Assembly: GCF_000143415.4 (NCBI RefSeq)
Contig: NW_003314263.1
Coordinates: 1,762,749 to 1,826,748 of the forward strand
Length of the DNA: 64,000 bases
Direction of reading: 5' to 3'
Source of the DNA: Selaginella moellendorffii
Taxonomy: Eukaryota; Plantae; Lycopodiophyta
Part shown: in pieces, positions 35,561 through 46,810 of the stretch
How the letters are laid out: every line of letters begins with the position of its first letter
How positions within the stretch are numbered: position 1 is the stretch's first letter
Notes under the pieces: model-generated
The model's input: the letters and a program-made list of their open reading frames with translations, nothing else
What the model was told of the DNA's origin: nothing
Databases searched by the model: none
Made by a program: the position numbers and the translations under genes

Positions 35561-38500
35561 GTGATCCGCAACGACACCGGTATAGTTGCATACTCAGAGT
35601 TTCTTCTTTCTGGTGTGGGCGAGGGTGGACAACAATGGGATTTACAAAATTCCAAGTCGAAGAAGATTCGAGTGTTTGGATCTCTAGTCAAAATGCCAAA
35701 ATGCACTCCAGCGAAAGTGAATGTGAAGCAAGAGTCAATCGTTATCCTCTCGTCCTCTTCTAGTTCAAGTGGAGATGTCATGCTAGTGTCGGCACCAAAT
35801 TCACCAGCTCCAGCTCTAGCTCTAGCTCCAACTTTAGCAATATTCAAAGCCGTTAGCAATGCTTTCTAGTTTTCACGCCTCTCAATTGACATGCACTTGT
35901 TTTTGTATAGGCTTGTGAGTGAGCTTCCATCCTCCTACAACGGCAACATTTTCTTCGAGCTACCACCTCTTGTTAGCAGCATAGGTTCCAAACGAAAGGG
36001 GATGGAAACCAAGCAAGATGTCCACAATTGGTGCAAGATCAAGACCACACACTTCTAATATTTTGAAGGCACAGTGTCTATAGTTCATTGTGGCAGGCAT
36101 TTAGATTGTGTGGATGAAGCATGCAATCGAGACCGCTCTAGAAACTCTATATTTTTCGAAGGGTCTACAGTCAATCCTCCAACATGTGACACCATTGCTG
36201 TTGGATTCAAATGTCGATTCTGCAAAAATGCTCCTCTATGTCGTGCTATCTGGGAGGCCAAGATGTACTACTTTCTTCCATGGGATGGAGTGGCTGGAAG
36301 AGCTGCAGTGCATGTTGGCACACATATGCATCCAATGCAGGAAGGGATACACAGGAGTTCTCTCAACCGTTTCAAAGATGCTGTACAGGAAGAGACTATG
36401 AGAAACTCATCTGCAACTCCGAAGCATGTTCAGAAGACCGTCCTCAAGGATTTTATCGCAAATACTTTACTCAATCTAGGTTGCCAAAAGACTCAACTAA
36501 ACGAGGCTAACTTGCAGGACTTACTACGAGCAGTACAACCTGCTACTAGCCTAAGGAGGTACATCCGTTATTTTTCATACGTTATAATAATAATTTTTTC
36601 TTACATTATATTGTTTAGGATAAAATCTTGGATGTGTGAATCTCGAGAGGGGAAGTTGCAATCAAAAATTGACTCCATCCTTGAATTGAAACGGACCTGT
36701 CCATACGAGTTCATCCACAGAAGTTTGTTTCCAAACAAAGTTGTGAATGAGCAAGAGCGCCCCTTCATCTTCAAAATGTCTACCATGGGCCTTGCCTCTA
36801 GCATAGATCTTGTCTCCCGAATGGACATGTTTGGGTCTAGTGACCTTGCAAATGCATGGGTACATTTTGACCATATGGAGCGTGTATCCGATTGGACAAC
36901 CATGGGAGCTCATGTGTATGATCCAAGGTAATTTTTATTCTCATTATATTGAAATTGTTATAATATTTATGCTTTCATAAGCTATGTTGTAACTTTACAA
37001 TTGCAACAGTAGAGTTTAAAGTACAAGACCAGACAGCACAGGAAATATTTTGGAAGTCCCTCTCTGATATTGTCCTAAAGCGGACTGGTAAGCCTGCAAA
37101 CTTTCGTGGTTTCATGGCAGATGGGGCTGGTGCAAACTGGAATGGTATCCGAGTAGTTTTTGGGAATGGTCAACCATTGGAAAGTCGTGAGAGGACTTGT
37201 GAGTTCCATTGGGCTCAAAGCCTAAACCAGCACTGCCACCTTATCAAGCCAGAGTTTCAATCAATATTTAAGGAGTTGTGCAAACAATGGCAGGTTGCAC
37301 CTTTTGAAGAAGAGCATGAGGTAAAAGCAAATGAGATCCAAATGTGGTGGCGTGAAGATGGCCATACAGACGTAAGTTGCCTACCACAACTTGAGTCATG
37401 GTTAGGATGGTGGGAAGTTAGGATGTTCCAATGGGGACATCACTCTTTTCAGGTTGGTTTATATTTTTTCTTTTCCTTTTATTACCTTTTAATATTGCCT
37501 TTCCCATTAGGATCAACCACTTGAGGACCTCGCATACACCCCAACTGTGAATCTTTCCAAAAGTAAGCATTGGAGTTGGCGTTCCTCTGAGGCAGGGAAA
37601 GGGAAGATGAGTCTATACGAAGCCTGTCTATTAGATTTGATACGTGCTATAGAGCAATCTTCAAAAGCACTGGCATTCGAGGAAGGAAGATACATGGGAA
37701 CAGGGCCTTCTGTTGAGATGTTACATGATAGGATGAAGAGAAAATTAACTCCACCCGCCTGAACAGTGGCAACTGCAATTGAGGAAGTGGTCCGTGGCAC
37801 ATCAATGGAGTACACTCCTCGAGCTTCTATTGGTGATATGAAGACTGTCCGCTCAAAGTGTCGTTTTTCATTAGTTGGGGAAGATGGTACGGACCTTGGA
37901 GCAAAAAGCTCTCACAGGCCTAATGTCGAGTACCATTCTGCTCTAAGACACCACTCTCGGACCGAGCCACCTCAAGTGGCTGATGAAGAGAGTGCATCGC
38001 AACAGGTTGAAATTGCTTACCGTAGCGTGGAGCCGAAGCAATGGGCAATCTGACACGTGCCAGCAAAATCGAATGTAAGGTGTGTGGGGATGCTTCTGAG
38101 GGGCAAGTGTTGGGCCTGGATTCGTAGTGAAAAATCTGCTTCTGTTCCAACCCCATGTTTCTATGGGGAACGAAAGCAAGCAGGATTTTCAAGATGGTGC
38201 TGGCTATATTATTGCAACACCGATGCCAACCATACGAAGCGGCTTGAAGACACTATAGTGACTAAACCTGATGCAATACCTAAAGAATTGCCAGTTGCTA
38301 ATGGGGTCGCGCTCACCTCGGATGAGATTGAAAACCTTGAGAAATCTGGTTTTAATCTTGAGAGGAGAGTTGGAGACATGAGTGACAGGAGCAGGACTAT
38401 TCCTACAGAGATGCACAGGAGGCCAACAAGAAAAGGTAAGGCAGTTAAATTTATTGGTACTGTCTCCAAGCAGAAGTAAGGTAAAATAAACTTGGCTCAA

Positions 38501-38782
38501 ACACTTGAGTGTGAGATTCTCTCCACAAAGGACATCACTGTTGCAAAGGAGTACACAGTCAAAATAGAAGGTGGAGAGTACACAATTGCCATTCACGACT
38601 TTCCTTCTTGCACATGTCTAGACTTTATGAAGCGCGAGGAACATGGGAAGGCATATGCTCCTTGCAAGCATATGTACTACATCTTCATCAACATCTTGCA
38701 CCAGAATTCTAAAGTAGATATTCATATACACCAAGCAAGCCTTACTATTGCTGAGTTGCAGAAAACTTTTGGAGCTAATTAG
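35561..38782 (+). pseudogene. MULE-family DDE transposase with N-terminal GCM/WRKY-like Zn finger and C-terminal SWIM; intron-containing, stop-disrupted
   Basis: VHFDH, GFMADGA, CEFHW (CxxH), NLS(K)SKH, SWIM CTCLDF...PCKHM; HVGTHMHP. ORFs 37547-38782 share one frame, broken by stops. Start uncertain. Confidence 0.85.
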
Positions 38783-39660
38783 ATTTCTCCAACACTATCG
38801 ATGTTTATTCTTTATCAATAAAACTTATTATACTTTATATAATTAATAAAAATGTGCTTTTTCATTTCACTTTTCATTTTATATGCTTCCGAGTGTTCTT
38901 CTCGCAATACTGCCCATAGTACTCGTGTGTCTCCATTTCTGTCTTTACCATCTCAAAAAAGATTTCATGGTAATCTTTCGGGTGTGTGATGATGCAGTGT
39001 GTCGCAAGAGCATATATACCATCATACTTTAAAATTACCAACACTAGAACCCATAGACATTTGTGGATGTATTTCTCTTTTTTCGAATGAGAGTGTGAAT
39101 GAAGATCTATAAATTCTAGACAGTATGCTACGACAAACCCCTCAAGAATGTATTTTACAAAGAACTAAGTCTTTCTTTTATATGTAATAAGCTTACATTA
39201 ACGGTTATTTTTTTTCCTTTCAAACGGTTATATGGCTTTACATAGAATCTTATTTCAAATTTAATAATTTTTTAATTCTGACAAACTTAACATTTACTAG
39301 CCAGAAAGCATAGAGTACAAATTTAAAGAAGTGACAAGAATACTCTTTTTGCAAACATTTTATTTTATGTTCTAACAAATGTCCCTATCATTACATGTAG
39401 TAAATATTTAAATTATTAGAACAAAAAGTGTTCTTTAGAACATTTTTATCTATATAATATATAGAGAGTTATTAAATTATTAAGTTCACCATAACCTTAA
39501 AATTTTAAAATTTATAATGTTTGTACTAAATTACAATTGAAAATTGAACTCAACTTGTGAGCTCAACTCTTCAACTCGTGACCTCAAGTATGGTCTGCGC
39601 CCCATTCAATCAAACCTCGTTCCATTCACATTTCCAACTTTCCTTGTCAATTTTCCAGCC

Positions 39661-40415
39661 ATGGCTTCTCGCAATCAAGAGGTAACACTGCTCAGCGCTT
39701 GGGCCAGCCCCTTTTCCATGCGAGTCAAGCTTGCACTAGCGCTCAAAGGCATCGAGCACAAAGATCTCCCCCAAGACCTTGGCAACAAGAGCAAGATCCT
39801 GCTCGAATCCAATCCAGTTCACAAGAAGGTCCCCGTTCTCATCCACAAGGGCAAGTCCATCCTGGAATCGGCCATCATTGTCCACTACATCGACGAGGTC
39901 TGGCCCGAAACAAGCCCACTCTTGCCCCAGGACGCATTCCTCCGCGCACAGCACCGCTTCTGGAGCGATTTCATCGACAAAAAGGTATGGATTCTCTTAC
40001 TAGAAATCTGCTGCTACGGGTTTTATACTCTTCTTGCTTATCGATCACACAGCTTGCCGACTCCTGGATACGATTCTTGCGTAGTAACGATGACGCGGCC
40101 GTGAACGAGGAGTTCAACCAAAACTGTTTGCTTATCGAGGGAGCTCTGGCGGAGCTGGGCAGTGAGGAAGAGGGCCCCTTCTTTGGTGGCGCGAGCATGT
40201 CGTTCTTGGATGTGCTGCTGGCACCCTATGCGGTGTGGATCCCAGGAGCTGAGCAAGTCATCGGCTTGAAGCCCGCGAAATGCCCGCGTTTCCACAAGCT
40301 CTTGGCGGCCGCGTCCGAGCACCCCTCGGCCAAAGTGGCGCTGCCGCAAGTCGAGAAGCTCAAGAAGTTTATTCGGGTTCACTTTGAGAGCGCGATGATT
40401 GTTTACAAAATCTAA
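39661..40415 (+). CDS. GSTU: Tau-class glutathione S-transferase; exons 39661-39984 and 40053-40415 (228 aa)
   Basis: WASPFSMRVKLAL, NPVHKKVPVL, ESAIIVHYIDE, FWSDFIDKK; single GT-AG intron at the typical tau position; FFGG..SFLDV. Confidence 0.93.
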
Positions 40416-41088
40416 TAAATCTTTTGCCCGGCTGTCCTGGAAGAAGATTGGAGTCAAGACGTTAGTGTCCTCCTCGCAGATTGTGCTAATCCTTGAGTTA
40501 CAGAATCCCAGTGATCGCCGGAGAAGAGGAGCTGGTCTTGCCTGAGCACGCCAGTGAGCGATCCTGGATTTCTTCCACTTCCCCGCCTGGCAATCCTCGA
40601 GCGAGGAGAGAAGAGGGGAAAGCAAATTATGAAATTTGTTAAAGGGAATTAGAGGAAATTATCAGATCCAAATGATAAGTCTCCATTGCAAAAGGTTAAA
40701 TGTTAATGCTGGTCAACAGTTTACATGTGACCCACGTCACACCACCTTCTTCTCTAGTTTAGGCAGTTGACCACCTCCCATTGGCTAAGAGCAAACATTA
40801 ATGTAATTATTCACTAAGACGTAATTAAGAAAATAAGCCTTTAACAGTTACTTCCCATCTGACGGCTGCCATTGGGTAGATCAGACCTCATTATTATATC
40901 ATTATTATAGATGCTTAGCCATGATCAAGAGCATTTCCTTGAAAAATAACGAATAGAATGAGATTCGCAAGTAAGCATACCATGAGATTCGCAAGGCCCC
41001 TATACGAGGAGGAACAAACTCTATGGCACAAAGAGTGAGTACCACAATGGAACTTTAATAGAGAAGAACGCTCACCTCGTTGGAGACC

Positions 41089-42677
41089 ATGGAGTTCTTA
41101 GTTGGTTTTGCAATTCTCTTGATCTTGGTTGTCTTCTCGAGCGTGTTCTACCTGAGAGTAGCATCGCAATCGCCATCACTCCCCACTCCACTGCCGATCA
41201 TCGGCCATCTTTACCTCTTGGGAAAGCTCCCTCACCACTCTCTCCTCGCGATCGCTCGAAAGTATGGCCCCCTCGTCCAGCTCCAGCTTGGCTCGGTACC
41301 TGTGGTGATCGCGTCAAGCCCCGAGATGGCGAGAGAGTTTCTAAGAAACCAGGATCTCAGCTTTGCGTCGAGGCCGACGTTGCTTACCACGAAGTACATC
41401 CTCTACGACTCCAAGGACATGGTTTTTGCTCCATACGGCGAGCACTGGAGGAGCATGAGGAAGCTGTGCGTTGTGGAGCTCCTGACGGACCGTCGCCTCG
41501 CCTCATCGCAGCAGGCAAGGCTGGAAGAGCTACAGAGATTGTTAGCGAAGATCGCAAAAGTTGCGGACACGAGCGAACCTTTCGTGCTGCTAGATCTGCT
41601 GACGGAGTTTACGTTCAACGTCATCACCCGGATGGTGATGAACAAGGCTTACTTTGGATCCGGAGAGACGACGGAGGAGCTCGCGGCCACCAGAGACTTC
41701 ATCCATATGCAAGAGCAAGGAACCATTCTTCTCGGGGAGTTCCACATCGGCGACTACATCCCGTTTCTCAAGTGGTTCGACTCGAGCGTCGCCAAGATGA
41801 AAGCCCTGCACAAGATCCAGGACGAGTTCCTGCAAAAAGTGGTCGATCAGCACGTCCTTGCGAGGCAAAGCAGAGAACAAACTCAAGCTCACGATGGAGA
41901 TGGAGATTTCGTCGACACACTCTTGTCTCTAGACTCTCCAGATCCAAACAATCAAGCTAGAAACATCAAGGCACTCATCCAGGTACTCTAAAAGAAGAAA
42001 GAAAGAAAAAATCCATACCTCAGAAGTTCGTCCATGTTGTGTTCTTACTATTTCTTCTCGTCTAGAATCTCTTGGGAGCTGGAACAGACACCTCCATTAC
42101 CACGATCCAATGGGCAATGGCGGAGCTGCTAAACAATCCCAGAGCCCTGGAGAAAGCACAGGAAGAATTACGCGCGAAATTCGGCAATGCCCGCCAAGAA
42201 ATCATCCAAGAACACGAGCTACAAGATCTACCATACCTCCACGCAGTGATCAAGGAGACCTTCCGCCTCCATCCGCCAGCGCCGCTCCTCATCCCCCACC
42301 AATCCACCCAAGACATCACCGTCGCGGGACTTGCCATCGCCAAGGGCACGCGCCTCTTCGTCAATGTCTATGCCATCGGCCGAGACCCTGCCCTGTGGAA
42401 ATCCCCCGACGATTTCCTCCCGGAGAGGTTCCTGGGATCCAGCATTGACGTCCATGGCAAGAATTTCGAGCTCCTCCCGTTTGGATCGGGGCGGCGCGGC
42501 TGCCCTGGCATGGTGCTGGGATTGATCACTGTCCAGCTCGCCCTCGCGAATCTGCCGCATCGATTCCAGTGGAGCTTGGCGCCGGGTGTGGACGCGCATC
42601 CCATGGCCGAGTGCTTCGGCGTCGCCACCACCATGGAAATCCCACTCCGCGTTCGAGCAAGCCCTAATAAGAATTGA
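41089..42677 (+). CDS. Cytochrome P450, CYP71 clan (A-type); exons 41089-41982 and 42066-42677 (~501 aa)
   Basis: N-terminal TM, PLPIIGHL, AGTDT, ETFR, PERF, PFGSGRRGCPG; one phase-0 intron. Confidence 0.95.
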
Positions 42678-43480
42678 TACGTTCTAAATATTTTCAAATG
42701 TATTCCAGGTGAAATTCATGTGTTTCTTTAGTTTCTTTTCTTTCTTTTTTTTTGAGTTTTCTTTTTCCTATAGAGGAAGGAACCAGCTTGGATCAGCAAA
42801 GCTTTTGTATAGCTTCTGAATTCTTTTTTAAATCTCCTAAATGCTTGAATTGCGAAGGAAAGAAATAGTCAAGCGACTAATGTACAAATGAGCAGTCAAT
42901 CTTTTGTGACTTTGACAAGCTTGGTTTGGTTGTTAGCAGGAATTTGTTGAAATTCTTGTGCAAGAGTTTGACTTCTATTTGATATCATCAGCTTGAGTTC
43001 TATTTGACTGAGCATGTATAAAGTGTCACTGGGGCTACAAGGGGCAATGTGGTGCAAGCAATGGAAGCAACAGGCCTGATCATCTTGCTGCTCCTCACTG
43101 TTTCTCAGGGTAGTTATTGTTGATGAATCTTTTCTTTTGCCGTTTCATTGACAGCTTTCTGTGAATGGTTTCAGGTATGTTGCCTGAGCAGGCGGAGGCG
43201 TTGAGAACACTCAAGCAATGTAAATCTCTCTCTGGATTCATCCTCTCAATCACTGCTATTGGTGGTTGTTTTTGCAGTCTGTCCACAAGTGTGCACATAC
43301 ACTTCTGTTGTGTGTAATGGCGTGACCAGGGATAGAGTCTGCTATAGCGACTGCAACTTACCAGCAAATTGCACTGGATGTAGGGGTGCTTGCTCCTGAT
43401 ATGGAGCACAATCTATAATAATCGCCAAGGTGAAGGATGTTGTGCTTGTATTTTGATCATGAATTTACTCTGAGAAAAAT

Positions 43481-43665
43481 GCATACCTTTAGAAGTTCTT
43501 CTGGGTTGTGTTTTTCTTTCCTCTGCACTTGGGAGCTGGAACAGACACGTCCATCATCGCATGCATACCTCAGAAGTTCTTACGTGTTGCGTTATTCTTT
43601 TCTATTTTTTTTCCCCGGAAACAGAGCCAGAGCTGCTAAAGCCCTGAGAACGAATTTCGGGCAGT
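43481..43665 (+). pseudogene. Scrambled duplicate fragment of the P450 intron/exon-2 junction
   Basis: CATACCTCAGAAGTTC (two variants), CTTGGGAGCTGGAACAGACAC and GAGCTGCTAAA match 42013-42135. Confidence 0.65.
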
Positions 43666-44446
43666 CCCCATTTCTAGGGTTTCTCAATTCTAGGGCTTCT
43701 AGGCATTCACCAGTCCCTCACGCCATACAAGTAATTTCCCCCCACGTTAACATCGACTTATGCGGGCTGGACTTCTGCGATGATTTGCTCGGTTGTATGC
43801 CACCTTTTTAGTATTGTTCGCTCTGATAGATTGTGCTGAGGTGGCAACCAAATCTGCTTAACTAAAAGGACTTTTCTATCTTTAATTTGAATGGCTTTTG
43901 TGAAGATGACCACGCACTTACTGGACAATGTGCTTGATCCTTGCCTTTTGACTGAGGGGATGGAGATGAAGCTCCTCTCCTTTCTCCACCCAGCAGCAAA
44001 GTAGCTCTAGATTTGAGCATATTTGATCCTCAGGAAAGTGAGTGGATGTAAACATTTTTCTTGGATAGTAGTGTTGGGCAAAAAGTGGGTGTTATTTTGA
44101 AGGTCAGAATGCAGTTAGGCAGGATTAAGAAAGTGATTTTCAAATTTGGGCATCCTGAGTGCAATAAAGATCCTAAAAAATATTCTCCCACCCGGATTTA
44201 AGAAAAAACTAAATGTCATAATCAAGTTAAAAATTTTCATTGTGACTTCTAAAAAAAAGGATAAATAGTCATAAAACAAAAATCCTTTTTAACTACTCAT
44301 ATGTATGTCTCTATAGATTTATATATGTATATATATTTCTACTAGCAAAGAATCTAGTTACTCTGGACTAAATAGAAAAAAATATTCAAAGATGCTTCAT
44401 TATGATAATGAACTTTATAAGATTACGAGGAAATGAAATTTATGGT

Positions 44447-45540
44447 GTGCAGTTTGTAAAGCAAGCTAAAAGCGAGTTACAAAGGAAGACAAAAAAATTG
44501 AAACAAATTCAAAAGAATTCAAACTAAATAAAAAGAAATCCAATAAACACAAATGAATTCAAACAAATTACAACAAAAAAACACGTGGCAGCTCGTGATT
44601 GGCTCGGAAATACTTTGAGCAGGGTTCACTCGCATCTTTGGGGGGCTGGGAATAAGCCATGAATGGGGCAAATGCTGGCGGGATAATCAGCTTTATGGCA
44701 CAGTTGAGCGCAGAGCAGTGACGGAGAGTCACACGATTCAGATAGAAGTTTCTGGTGAAGTACTCAGTGAGAGAGAATGGCAAGGCCGAGGTGGCCTTGC
44801 AGCTCTTTCGATCGATGCAACAGTGCTGTGGAGCAAACGCATGAACTTTTGCCACTGCGCTCCATGCTCCACTCTCTCAGCTGCTGAAGAATTGATGGGA
44901 GGATGGTGAAAGTTTTTTTCGCTGCAACGAGGAATGGAGGTTCATCGTCAAGCCGAGACTGGGATGAGAACAGATCCTATCCTTTGCAATGTCTACGTGG
45001 GGAATGCACATGTACGTGAAGTGCCAGGTGCTCAAGAGGTGTGATACCATTTGGTTTTATGCCAGATCACGAAAAGTTTTCCTGGCAACCTTTGTTTTCA
45101 CAGTGAAAGATATCCAAGTGGAGCCAGCACTTTTGTGGCTTCTCAAGAACGCTAGCCCGGAAGGACAAGAGATAACTAAGCTTGTGAGACGACAGGACAC
45201 TGATACGTTGAGCCAGCTCACGGGCCTGCTTGTCAGGGAGTCACGTACTGGCTGCTTGCTCGCTCTAGTTGCGAACAAGACATGGGCAAGGAAGGAGCTG
45301 CTGGATACCTCTCGTCCAAAAGGCAACGAGACCTCTAAACAAGCTCGTCAAGAACATCAACGAGGAGGAGCCAGGGACGATCAACGTTGCTACTCAGGCG
45401 GCATTAGCTCTGGCTGTAATTAGTTTGTTTTCATTTGATGTCGTTTGATTTCGTTTGAATTCGTTTCAACTCTTTTTAAATTCGTTTCAATTTGTTTGTC
45501 TTTGTTTGTAACTTGCTTTTAGCTTACTTATGAATTGCAA
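44447..45540. mobile_element. Non-autonomous TIR element (~120-bp imperfect TIRs) with GC-richer interior
   Basis: 44447-44570 is the imperfect reverse complement of 45420-45540 (AAGCTAAAAGCRAGTTACAAA...AAATTGAAAC). TSD not identified. Confidence 0.6.
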
Positions 45541-46810
45541 GTACATTATCTTTGAACTTTGCTAGGTCCAGCTTAAATATCTAATTAAATTTCTAGATAT
45601 TTATGTAAAGTTTTGTATGTTAATTGAGATTATCAAGGATTGATAGAAGTGAAATCATTTGGAGATCAGCCAATATAAGTTGCTAAAACTTTCAAATTAA
45701 TGACAATAAACAATTGAAATCTTTTCTATATGCATTTGCATGTAAATCTCCTCACTTGTGCTGGCCTTGAAATATGTTCTCTCGAGATCATTCCAGTTAG
45801 AGGGTCACTAGCTCAGCACAATGGGAAAACTTGACAATTTTCTCTATTAGTGTTAATGCTCAAGCAATTGAAACCTTTCCATTCTGGGAGCACATTGAGC
45901 TTGACTCATTTTCAAAATGTACTGCACCATAAACAACACATATGGATGATATATTTTCAATATTAAACATATATGCTGTATGGTTATTGTAATTCTTTTG
46001 ATGTGCTAGTTTATAAATAGTATAATTTGATGATTACTGCATTTGTATTAGTTTCATTAGCATTTTCAAGGTCTATATTTGTATGAGCTTCATTAGCATG
46101 TGCTATGTTTGTATTAGCATCATCAAAATCTGAAGTAATTTTTGCATTAGCATCTTCAAAGTCTAGATTAGTTTCTTCATTAGCATCTTCAAGGTTGTTA
46201 TGAGTATAAATATGTGTGCTAGTGTCAATAGTTAGAAGCAACTGGTGAAATATACCTCTTAATACTTCATAAAGCTGAAGCATACTTGCTAGGGAGGAAG
46301 TTGTGTTTGATAAGTGAAGTAACCTATCTAGCACATTTAAATTTAGGGCAAGAAGTAGAAGTGAAGCATGAATCTAAAAGAAAATCAAAGTACCTATCTC
46401 AAAATTTTCATAGATTTCATGTATAGGTTGTGCTCCTATTTTGCAAAATTAGTCTTCATTTTTTTTTTTTGTTTTATTTTTTTCAGTATAAGAATGTAAG
46501 TTTTGGCTTTTACTGGCCTGGAAAATGTATGCTAGTCCTCTGTCTAGATTTTATTTCTTGCTAGATTAGTGTTGATGAAACTTCCCTTCCTCTCTAGTTC
46601 AAGGCATGTATTGGTGAGCTTGTGACATGTTCACATTTTATTTTTTTGTTTTATTTTTTCCAGTGTAAGAATGTGAGTTTTGGCTTTTATTGGCCTGGAA
46701 AATGTATGCTAGTCCTCTATCTAGATTTCATGTATAGGTTTTGCTCCTATTTTGCAAAATTAGTCTTCATTTGATGAAGACTAAGATTAATAGTTCGAGG
46801 CATGTATTGG

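Larger units (their letters stand above)
20632..39602 (+). mobile_element. MULE/Mutator-type DNA transposon (~11.3 kb native plus nested 7.6-kb LTR element) with ParB-MTase cargo
   Basis: Perfect 8-bp TSD CATTCAAT (20624-20631, 39603-39610); GGG...CCC termini; short imperfect TIR (GGGGATGGTCCAAAGTTGAG vs rc GGGCGCAGACCATACTTGAG); subterminal TTGAG/CTCAA repeats at both ends. Confidence 0.85.

Noticed and set aside
20632-39602. Zisupton/KDZ classification (8-bp TSD, SWIM)
   Set aside because: The catalytic core shows MULE-type D..D..CxxH..E spacing; KDZ motifs not recognised. An HMM search would settle it.
39544-40104. GST ORF as called (TTG start 39544) and ORF 39699..40415
   Set aside because: True start is ATG 39661; the two ORFs are exons joined by intron 39985-40052, and the upstream extension lies in the transposon end.
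42700-44400. Possible exon fragments downstream of the P450
   Set aside because: No coherent frame or recognisable motif apart from the P450 fragment.
46011-46334. ORF with EDAN repeats
   Set aside because: Low-complexity AT-rich repeat with no recognisable domain.
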